Below, one piece after another: positions 12,085 to 23,104 of a DNA stretch of 64,000 nt. Position 1 is the stretch's first letter. Each line of letters begins with the position of its first letter. A program made the translations under genes and the position numbers. This DNA comes from Anthoceros angustus (lineage: Eukaryota > Plantae > Anthocerotophyta): NCBI GenBank assembly GCA_010909165.1, contig VJWM01000116.1:248001-312000 (forward strand). Direction: 5' to 3'. The notes below the pieces were generated by a model. The model saw only the letters and a program-made list of their open reading frames with translations, made no database searches and had not been told where the DNA came from.

Positions 12085-12865
12085 GCCATCTTCATATGGG
12101 CTACTAGGCTAGCTAGCCCTTCACTTCCACTTGTGGGCATTTAGGACGGGATTGTAACCGATATCGTATGCGTTGCAGAACGAACTGGGCTTGATTTCCG
12201 TAAGAGTGCAGAGCCATCTTCATATGGGCTACTAGGCTAGCTAGCCCTTCACTTCCACTTGTGTGGGCAGAGCCACAAGTTGTGGTGTGTTACCATGCTA
12301 GCTGGACATGCAGGGTTTAGGGTGCCGAGCTGTGGAACAGAAGCTTCCAAGAAACAAAGGTGACAGAACGAAACTTCTTCCTGGCCATGACCGGGGACTC
12401 CGTACTGCATGTAACGAGATGCCCAGTTGCCTGGAAGCCGCTTCGTCTGAAGACTACTAGGCAACCTGGAGTGTCATCCATCCTGACCGGCTTCACACGG
12501 TTGTCTTTAAAACTCCCAACAACGCGGTTTCTCCTGCCGGCCGCAGGACCACATCCTGTAGCAGGCCTGCGCTTGTCCATTGTGCATACCAACCAATAAA
12601 TGGCGCCGATCTTGCATCCTTTGTGGTCACATCAAAGTTTGTATTGTACAGGCTTCCTTAGTCCCTCCCATCGGACGAGCGCTGCTTCCACCAGTACGAT
12701 CATCCTAATCGGGATACTACACGACTGAATTCGAAGGGCGTGAATCCTCATTCCTTCCCTGAGAGCAAAGTTTTGGAATCTGTGGCAAGCGAGCTATCCT
12801 CCAGGTGGTAGAAGCCTCGAACCGGCAAGCTGCTCCTGTGCTGTAGCCAGCGTCGGCGGGCAACC

Positions 12866-13541
12866 ATGGCTGGCAATGCCGCAGCGTCGGATGTGAAGCT
12901 CATGGCCACGGCATTCCTGGCCGCGCTGCTCATCACTTGGACGCCCCACTTGAGTCTGGCAGCCGACGAGGACCCTCTGCAGGACTTCTGCGTCGCCCGA
13001 GCAGCAGGAACTCCCACCATCAACGGCCTCGTGTGCAAACCAGCCGCTCAGGTCACCGCAACCGACTTCAAATTCTCCGGACTGAACGCTCCCGGCAACA
13101 CCGCCACCAAGTTCAAGGCAGCAGTCACGCCCGCGTCCGTGGCCCAGTTCCCCGGCCTCAACACGCTGGGCATCTCCGCCGCCCGCATCGACTTCGCGGT
13201 GGGCGGGCTCAACCCTCCTCACTCGCACCCCAGGGCCACCGAGCTGCTGTTCGTGGTGGAGGGCACTCTGGAGGTTGGATTCGTGTCTTCTAACGGCAAC
13301 ACGCTCTTCCAGCAGACGCTCAACAAGGGCGATCTTTTGTGTTTCCCAGAGGCCTGCTTCATTTCCAGAAGAACGTTGGGTACGCTCCAGCGTGGGCCGT
13401 CGCAGCCCTGAGCAGTCAAAATCCTGGAGTGCAACAGGCAGCTGCTGCTCTCTTCGGCTCCCGCTGCCATCGGATGTGCTGCAGCAGACGTTTGGAATCG
13501 ATGACAAGACAGTCCAGTGGCTGGAGGCCAAGCAGAAGTAG
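12866..13541 (+). CDS. Germin-like protein (cupin), intronless; apparent -1 frameshifts in homopolymers
   Basis: Signal peptide, DPLQDFCVA, germin box [16 protein letters not shown] motif, and GLLHFQ in the shifted frame. Compared with the intact copy at 49526, one T is missing in gatcttttt and one C in ctccccgc. Confidence 0.85.
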
Positions 13542-16500
13542 ATGAAGTCATCGGTTGGGCGGAGGCCCAGCTGCCACACATGGGGCCCTCCGTTAGACAG
13601 TCCAATCACCATATGTACCTTTCTGTGACAGTCCTGCAGGATGTCTCACCTGCTGTGGTCATTCCAAACTAACGCTTTGTACATTTCTGAATAAAATTCC
13701 GGTCATGCTTGCAAGCATTGCAATGCCAAGTTTCAGTCTTGAAAGTGTGTTGGTTCGTGGGAGCACGATCGTTTTCAAGAATGTTCAGCCGGATCGGACC
13801 TGTTTACCCATCACTGAACTGATCTTGTGGGCAGAGCGGTATTTTGAATTCAGCATATTGGCGGCACAAACCTTTGGCATAGACGTAGGAATGAAGGGAG
13901 AGGGGAGGGGACCGTAAGAGAAGCAGGTTTTGGCGTAGGCACGCACGCAGGCTAGGCACGCAGCACCGGTTGCAAGCTTCAGAAATTGGCCCAACAATTG
14001 GTTGGACAGGCATGCAAAGAAAGAAGTGCTGCTTTCAGACCTCGAGCTCCTACAGAGAATATATGTACAAGCGATTCCAATTGGAGACGACGATACCATG
14101 TGTAAATCCCATGGGGCCAGCAAAACATGTCTTAGCATGGACCGTGTGGAGGGAGCTGGCTGGAAATCTCAGGAGTGCGGTTCAAAGACCATATATCTGT
14201 TATCAATGTGAAGCGTCAGCTGGAGTAGCTAAGTCGGTACAAGACCGAATGACTCTTTGACCAGAAGCTCGGAGGTTAAAATTCTCGTTCCAGCTATATA
14301 TATAGTGAGATTCTTCATCAGTCTAAATATCATATCATGTTCTCGTTTATCTTATGAGAAGACCCTAATTAGGTATTCAAAACGAACCATACCATGGAAA
14401 AATGGACCAAAAATGGCAAGAGTAATGTTACATCTTATGAGAAGACCTTAGGTATTCAAAACGAACCCTACCACGGAAGGAAGACATGGACAAAAAGGGC
14501 AACATTAATGTTGCAACATAATTTGAGTCAAAAGTTACGAGGCGGTCAAAGAGAGTAGTGGTAGTGAGGAAAACAAATATATATATTTATTGGTTTTGAT
14601 AAAACCAATATACATTATGTTGTCGTTTGTAAGATATCGAACTCTATCTGATGTGATGACTAAGTATTAGAAAAATAACAATTGGAGGATATTACCATGA
14701 CAGTGTTGTAGCGTGGCGCGGTGGACTGCTAATACCACTAGCATGTTTTTGGTTACTAGTAGTGGATTTTCAATCCAACGATTTAGAGGACTCCTTTTAC
14801 AACGATGACCTCCCATTTGTTGAATCGCATAATGTATTCTTTTGCTTTACAACTCTGTTCACTTGATTTGATTGCTACATTGTCGATTGTGTGAAAATTG
14901 AAGACCAACCGACATTACGACATCCCGATATGGTAGCAGTAACAACGCGTCCTTCTCTAGAAAATCCTAGTACCCATGCAACCATTGCATGACGCATAAA
15001 ATGCAAGACGAGCCCCAAAATTCACTAGCTTAGCATCCACTCGGGCAAAACATGAAGTAGCAATTTTTATTCAAAGATACATGAAATATAATAAAATGAA
15101 TATATCACTGCTAAAATAAATAAATATGATCTTGGATTTATATTCCTTTGGCAAGTGTGGTCATCGATTTCAAAAATTGGAGAATTTCTGTCTCCACCAA
15201 TCCAAGAACATGATTGTGTTACTTGCGCTCCTTTTCCTGCTTATCAAATGATCTTACAAGAAGGTAACCTCTGACGTGATCTTCCGGAAAGCGTGCTTGA
15301 AGAATTCTTAGGTTGCAACCGATGCATGTTAAGGTTTCCACTCTAAAATGCACCATAATAGTTGAGGCGATAGAAGCCCCACAAGCATTTTCTCACGATG
15401 CTCCATATCAAGTATTTTCATAACCTCCTTATCGACATCTTATGATTGACAAAGGATATTTCTGATTTTTGAATAAGCATGGTGAACAAGCTACGGAACA
15501 TATGAGCAACGAGCGGAAATTTCATCCGTCTCCATAGAAACACAAAATTTATCCGTCGTACAGCGGATACTAACGGTGAAACAATTGCAATGAATCCTCT
15601 TGAAAACCGGGCTTGATTTCCTCATCAACTTCTTCAAAACCTTCCCACATACACCATTCTCACCAAAACAAAATGTTGTAACTTCACACTTGAAAAGTCA
15701 CTAGCTACTCAATGAAAATACACCTGTGGTCGTCAAAAGCTTGAGTTTATTTGATAACTAATTAGTGTGGCTGGTGGCACATTTATAGTCGTCCGTAGTG
15801 GAGATTCAAAGACCAAGCACTCAAAATCAAAGAAGACTACTTTTCAAAGGCCAAGGATGAATTTTGATTTGTATTTTGGTTTTAATCTTCAGCACATGTG
15901 GTAGGCTCAATCAAAGACATTGTAGTGAAGGCCAAGGATTGATTAATAACATATAACTCATTAGATTTAAAGGTTGCTATGAAAATAACATTGTTCTCGA
16001 ATAGCATAGCACTAGAAGGAATTACTACATTTAAAATGGGCCTTAATTTTCATGTAGATTGTGATTTTTGCTCGTCCTTTTATCATAAGCCTTGTGCGGT
16101 AACATTCTCGGACATCGTCTTGTGCAATCACATTTGATTTATCTATCCAATTTTGTATTTCTTTCACGTAATGTTGTTGTTGATCCAAATTGTTGTCACA
16201 TGAAGGACTTGGCTTAAGTAAACTTCTTAGTGCAAGAAATTGTTTCTTTCGTATTTGAGGTCTATATCCAAGCACTTTTCATTTTCCCAAATTCTCCTCT
16301 TCGTTTTGTAGTCAAATGAGGCAATCGATTGCATTAAAGATAGATTAATGGTGTAACATTCTCTTATTTAAAAATAATTGATGGGACAGTTTCATTATTT
16401 CCTATGTTGTCCTCGTTGTTTTCAAGCATTGTCTCATTATTTCCTATGTTGTCCTCGTTGTTTCATGAATTGAAGCTATGTTATACAAGTAGGTGGGCTC

Positions 16501-17499
16501 ATATATACTAGCTATTCTTGTTCATTGCATTACAATATAAGTCGAGCACAGGCTCATGCTCTAGATTCAATTGTGCTTAAGTTATAACCTTTGTGTTTCA
16601 TGTTATTTTGCACAAACTACGTAGTATCAATCATATGCGAACATGGACTCTATGAACACGGTAAACATTTCGTATCGGTCGGTAGCATTCCCAACATGAA
16701 GCGGCTTCTTGTCAAGATGGAACCATTTCCATCATGGAAGTATCTCGATCGTGGAGGTCACATCATCACAAACAAAGTGATTGGACACGGAGATACCCTA
16801 ATGTAAGATATAAGTATCATGTGAGTATATTGAGGAAATAATAAACGCAATTTTATTTCAAATTTCAAGTATGCATTCATATATGTGCTTAAGTTTATCA
16901 TCTACTTATTTTGTATGTAGGATGTCATGATGATTTTCTTAACAACAATTAACAAGTATATGAGATAATACTACATTCTAGAAAGTTGTAAATGTATATT
17001 GCGATGCCCAAAACGTTTATGAAAATTTTATTATTTTTGTTATCGTAAAGTGCTTACTCTGAAATTTTTAGTTTTTCTTGACCTTCGACACCTCCTTTAT
17101 GATGCTATGGTAAAAACTTATAAATGTACGTGACCCCATTGCACAAGGAAGTTTGTGATACCTTTTTGTTTCCTTGGTCTTTATCACCTCTTGAGTTAGT
17201 AAGTGCAGGATATAAATGCATGACTATCTACCGTCTCAATTCGCACATGTCGCGTCGTGAGGCGACTTAGGTGTACATGCTCATATTAAGTCACGGCTCA
17301 TGTCTCGGGGCGTGAAGCATTAAGCTTGATCGGATAAAGCCTCAAAGTAGGCTTATCACTTAAACAAGTATTTAATAAGCTTGCAAAATAGGCTTATCGG
17401 CTAACTACCAAAGTGGCAAAGCAAAGAAGAACTAGGCAAAATCCTAACCCCACAAACAGCCCCCGCAAAATCGGTGAACAAGATTGGAGAACCGGTTGG

Positions 17500-18560
17500 C
17501 ACCTAGAGCTACCAAAACCAGCCAAAGATCATAAAGCTCCTTGCGCTTATGTACCACATCCCACTCAAGCGAGCTCAATCTGGACGCCTCCGAAGATAGG
17601 CTCACAGGTGTTGGTCACGATCTTGAACTTGATGCGATCGTACACCTTGACTCATTCCAATCGAATGCAAAGCCCCTCGGTTTCGATCCAAAGATCTCCC
17701 GATCTTGACATGATCCTCCTCACGCTATCGCGGATATCTTCCAAACATGGGCCTCTTTCCAATTGGTCACATCTTGCTTTTCACCTCTGGCTACCTCACC
17801 ATTGTAGGTCTACAACCTCTTTCCATCTGGGCCCGATGAATCATCTTCATCTGTTTGACAACAAGCGGCGTTTGCGTCTTTTGCAAGCATTGCCACAATG
17901 CTCACAAGCCACCTTATGCAAAACATGTCAAATGCCTCCTGCCCTAACAACTTCTTCTTGCAAGCATCGTTGATTCCCATGGTGCATGTGTTACCCAGCA
18001 AACCCCATGGCATACTCACCGGTGTTGGCCATGCCCTATTTGGCTCACCGACCCTATTCACAAGAAAGAAAGGGAGCTTGTTTATTTTCTTCACAAACTG
18101 TCTTCCTTCCCGCAATATATACGCAACATACTTGTCTTGAGGTCTTAAGGCCCTATGCCGCTTCAACACTTCGAGCTTGCTCCGTTTGTTGACTGCGGAT
18201 TACGTGAGCATAAGAACCACAGTCGCATCAATGATCAATTCCTACCCCAACCGACGGATCTTCTCGTAGTCATCCCTCACAGGTCGCTCGTCAAACCCTG
18301 CACACACATTCTCAAGTATGTACCAGCACTTTGGGTTGACGATTTGGATCTCCTTCACAATCCGTGCCACTTCAGCGCCAGACAGGCCATCTTCAGCTGC
18401 ATTTGCTGAAAATGACTGCACTCCCATCCGGCTATGACCATGTCCACCGGATGCTTGAGAGCTTCAATCGCGCTTCCCCTACCGACTTGATGTCAACTTG
18501 GCACCCTCGTCGAATCTCATTCACCTCCACGCAACTCTATCGCGAGACCCGGATTCCACC
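17500..18560 (-). mobile_element. Degenerate retrotransposon fragment: C5-cytosine DNA methyltransferase motifs followed by a Ty3/gypsy pre-RT-like segment
   Basis: Reading across indels on the minus strand gives HPVDMVIAGWEC..FS (motif IV-like), NPKCWYILENV (VI), IIDA..GSYAH.IR (VIII), EYAMG (IX) and KKLLG..AFDM (X). These are followed by KFKIVTNTCEPIF...LSSLEWDVVHKR.KELYDL, resembling the region just before gypsy RT. Confidence 0.65.
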
Positions 18561-21500
18561 GCAAAATTGCTGCACCATTGGAAATTCGAGCCCGAGCAAA
18601 GTGGATGCCCTTGACCGCCACGACCTGACTTTATTGTATGCGAGCCTCTTGTTAGTCCATGCCATGACACACACATGGTTAAGGATCCGTGCACACATTC
18701 ACGAGCTTCCCCTAACAAGGTTGTCAATCGAATGGATGTAAAACCGTTTCCAAGAACATCCGGAAGTAAAAGAAGAAGATTGCAATGTCTTTATGAAATG
18801 TGGCATTTGTGCGAAAGGAGAAATGTGTACGTATAACCATGCCCAAGGAAAAGTTTCTTCATATCATAAATATATAAAGAATGCGTGCACATTTGAGAGT
18901 TGTCACCAACTTCTTCCAAATGTGTTTTATTCTTGGTAAATTTTCATCACGTGATATTTTGAGGGTCGCAATGTCGCCGCCAGCTGGTTTTGTGTGGCCG
19001 CTAGTTGTGTGAGTTCATCACGAGCGCATATTGCATACTAGGAGGACGTCTACTACATACGTATAATTTTGTGCTATTTAATGTTACCTAGATATAGTGA
19101 TCTCTACCATACAAAAAGAGAAAGTCTCAACGTAATTCAAGAAAAAATATTTGTATGAATGATCTGTTTTAATATAATAAAAATAATTATTCTAAGCTGG
19201 GTGCTCGATAGTGGCTGTATAAGGCCATTATTATATATGTAGCTATGCGATTGGGAAGAGGTGTAGTCTGACACGGGGTTGGGTGCTATTGTCCTGGCTG
19301 TTGCGTTGGGGTTTGACTGCGTGCGTATGTGAAATCATAAGTAGTGTAGGGGCGATAGGTGATTGATGTTACGGTTTTTAACCTGAATTTACACCTAAAG
19401 CCCCTTCCAAAGGCTTGTTTTTCAAAGACATTCGCAGCGGCCAGGCCAGAGGCGCAGCGGCCAAAGGCGCAGTGGCGAACCGAGAGCCCTCGCATCGCTT
19501 GGCTTGAGCGCTGATGCGGCTTGAAACGTCCTTGGATGAGAGAAAAACTGCACCGCTGTTGTTGTGAAGTGCTGTATTGTGTGTTTCATGTAGACGCGCA
19601 TAGTAGGATTGTGATGTGGCGTTCTCCAGTGATGTTAAACGGAAGGCTTGTTTCTCAAAACATTCGCAGTGGCCGACCGAGAGTTCTCGCCCCGCCAGGC
19701 TTGAGAACTGATGCGGTCAATACACTTCCTTGGATATCTGAGGAGATGGATGTGGTTAATGAGCTGTGTGTAGGTTGGACGGGACGGTATCCGTGCTCAG
19801 ATGTGGGTAGCAGTGTAGGCTGGTCGATTCCTGCCTTAATTCCTAGCCCGATGTCTCGGCCATCTGGCCACCACCCTGGCGTTGGAGCCAATACTCATCT
19901 GTGTGTCCGTACATCTGGCCTTGGTTCTAGGTGCAGGAGCAGGAGCAGATTGTATGTGCAGAAGCAACCGATGAAGGAGAACGCCTGACTTCTGCCTTGC
20001 TATCACTGGGCAGACTTGTGAAACAAGCTACGTTGCTGTGCAAGGCACAGCCGTACTCTGAGATATGGATGTGGATGCCTTGTATCGGTAGCAGTGTGTA
20101 ACCAGCGGGTTGGAGCCTGAGGCAGCCTGTTCCCAGTGTTCCGTGCTAGTGTGGTGCTGTCTGTGCAGGTATACTTTTTTTTTTTGGGTTACTGCTTGTC
20201 TGCTAGCATGTCCGTGGTTCACCATCGGTCGGTCAGTGGTGTTCAAGGGGAGCACTTGAGTGGTTCCCAGTGTGGCAAATGATGATAAGACATGGAGCCT
20301 GCGTTAGTTGCGGTGGTGTCGAGTCTTTGCTCTTGCAAAGGAACCTACTCGGTTTACCATTGCATTTCTGTGGCGCAAACTCCTCTGCTGAGGCCACAGG
20401 CTGTAGTATCCAACCTGTGTAATCTCTGTTTTGGTGAAGTGTAGGGAGGAGCGTGTAGGGTGCTGGTTTGTGTATGTAGGAGTGTGTAGGGTGTTCAGAT
20501 ATGCATGGATGCAGTGGCTGATTTGTGTTGGTAGCATACACTGTAGCAGTGTTTGCGTACTAGTTGAGACTTGGGGTAGACAACGTGCTGTGCTGAATGG
20601 TATAAAAGAGCATGATCGGGGCACCCTGCGCCCCATCAACATGAATACACGAAGCTGGAGCTGGAGCTGGAGCTGGAGCTGGAGCTGGAGCTGGAGCTGG
20701 AGCTGGAGCTGGTAGATGCATTACGAGAACAAGGAATTAAGCATAGAGCACCCTGTCTTGAGTCTCGTCCCCGTGTCACCCAGAAAGCTGCCAGGCTGCA
20801 CCGGACCAGCAAACTTGTACTCCTACTTGGGAGTATCTAGAAAGTTGGTTGTGACCTGCTCACCTTCTTTCCCTGAAGTGGTAAGCCTGCAAATTCATCA
20901 CGTTGCAACGCACGATATCGGTTACAATCCGTCCTACATGCCCACAACACCCCGAAATAGCACAATCTCCTCCAGATATCTGCCCACAAGAAGCCCGAAT
21001 AATGTGCACCGTTTCTGAGCCAGCTGGTACATGTCTTGAGAGCTTGGGTGCGTGTGCACCTTCAAGTTACTTGTATGGATAGAGTAGCGCTGGTTCTGAC
21101 TCGCAGCCGACTCCTGGGAGCCTTTCACTGTTATGGTGCTTGGGCGGAGCCGGTTGGATTGGAGCTGGTACATCGGGTTTGTTTCTCCAGCAGTCGCCCA
21201 ATTCAGCCGGGCTGCTAGATGTTGTAAATTTCTCTCATCCATGAAAATATCTTCCCACCGGTACCTGCGCTCTGCTTCACGTGAGAAGGGTCCTGTTGAG
21301 CAATGGTGATGATGTGCATCCAAGATGCTGCTCCTTGTTCGTGTTCTGGAATTGAGAGAGGACGGGAGAGATGCGACAAGTGGCTTCCCTATACTCGCCG
21401 TACTGCCTGATTCTCGAAACCCTGCAGGCGAATGGTGGAAGGCTGACAGTGATGAGGAGGTGTAAATCGATGCGATCAAAAGGCGGGCAGGATATAGAAT

Positions 21501-22429
21501 CTCGAATGCGCTCACGCGTAACGGCCAGACTGTGTACAACTCTCCAGCCAAAGGTAACCACTCAACTTCGAATTCCCACATGATGGCTGCCAGGGACAAA
21601 GCCTGGAGACGGATGTGGTACCAGGCGGACAGTTCAGGCTGAGCACCAGCATCAACGACACCACTTTTGTAGCCCCACCCAGATCCCTTCTGGAGGTGAC
21701 TTGTTTCCTCTACTCCGAACTTGTTTCCGGCATGCCTCAAGGTGTGTCTGGGCTTCGATTTCCGTAAGAGTGCAGAGCCATCTTCATATGGGCTACTAGG
21801 CTAGCTAGCCCTTCACTTCCACTTGTGTGGGCAGAGCCACAAGTTGTGGTGTGTTACCATGCTAGCTGGACATGCAGGGTTTAGGGTGCCGAGCTGTGGA
21901 ACAGAAGCTTCCAAGAAACAAAGGTGACAGAACGAAACTTCTTCCTGGCCATGACCGGGGACTCCGTACTGCATGTAACGAGATGCCCAGTTGCCTGGAA
22001 GCCGCTTCGTCTGAAGACTACTAGGCAACCTGGAGTGTCATCCATCCTGACCGGCTTCACACGGTTGTCTTTAAAACTCCCAACAACGCGGTTTCTCCTG
22101 CCGGCCGCAGGACCACATCCTGTAGCAGGCCTGCGCTTGTCCATTGTGCATACCAACCAATAAATGGCGCCGATCTTGCATCCTTTGTGGTCACATCAAA
22201 GTTTGTATTGTACAGGCTTCCTTAGTCCCTCCCATCGGACGAGCGCTGCTTCCACCAGTACGATCATCCTAATCGGGATACTACACGACTGAATTCGAAG
22301 GGCGTGAATCCTCATTCCTTCCCTGAGAGCAAAGTTTTGGAATCTGTGGCAAGCGAGCTATCCTCCAGGTGGTAGAAGCCTCGAACCGGCAAGCTGCTCC
22401 TGTGCTGTAGCCAGCGTCGGCGGGCAACC

Positions 22430-23104
22430 ATGGCTGGCAATGCCGCAGCGTCGGATGTGAAGCTCATGGCCACGGCATTCCTGGCCGCGCTGCTCATCAC
22501 TTGGACGCCCCACTTGAGTCTGGCAGCCGACGAGGACCCTCTGCAGGACTTCTGCGTCGCCCGAGCAGCAGGAACTCCCACCATCAACGGCCTCGTGTGC
22601 AAACCAGCCGCTCAGGTCACCGCAACCGACTTCAAATTCTCCGGACTGAACGCTCCCGGCAACACCGCCACCAAGTTCAAGGCAGCAGTCACGCCCGCGT
22701 CCGTGGCCCAGTTCCCCGGCCTCAACACGCTGGGCATCTCCGCCGCCCGCATCGACTTCGCGGTGGGCGGGCTCAACCTCCTCACTCGCACCCCAGGGCC
22801 ACCGAGCTGCTGTTCGTGGTGGAGGGCACTCTGGAGGTTGGATTCGTGTCTTCTAACGGCAACACGCTCTTCCAGCAGACGCTCAACAAGGGCGATCTTT
22901 TGTGTTTCCCAGAGGCCTGCTTCATTTCCAGAAGAACGTTGGGTACGCTCCAGCGTGGGCCGTCGCAGCCCTGAGCAGTCAAAATCCTGGAGTGCAACAG
23001 GCAGCTGCTGCTCTCTTCGGCTCCCGCTGCCATCGGATGTGCTGCAGCAGACGTTTGGAATCGATGACAAGACAGTCCAGTGGCTGGAGGCCAAGCAGAA
23101 GTAG
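22430..23104 (+). CDS. Germin-like protein, copy 2 (three homopolymer deletions, probably consensus errors)
   Basis: Near-identical to 12866-13541, with single-base losses in ccc, tttt and cccc runs. Confidence 0.82.
   Translation: MAGNAAASDVKLMATAFLAALLITWTPHLSLAADEDPLQDFCVARAAGTPTINGLVCKPAAQVTATDFKFSGLNAPGNTATKFKAAVTPASVAQFPGLNTLGISAARIDFAVGGLNLLTRTPGPPSCCSWWRALWRLDSCLLTATRSSSRRSTRAIFCVSQRPASFPEERWVRSSVGRRSPEQSKSWSATGSCCSLRLPLPSDVLQQTFGIDDKTVQWLEAKQK

Noticed and set aside
14735-14765. Possible CACTA terminus (...ctagtagtg)
   Set aside because: No matching opposite end with a 3-bp TSD and no transposase was found.
14970-16810. Short ORFs in the AT-rich block as transposase or other genes
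   Set aside because: No recognisable motifs and frames are inconsistent between array copies; left unassigned.
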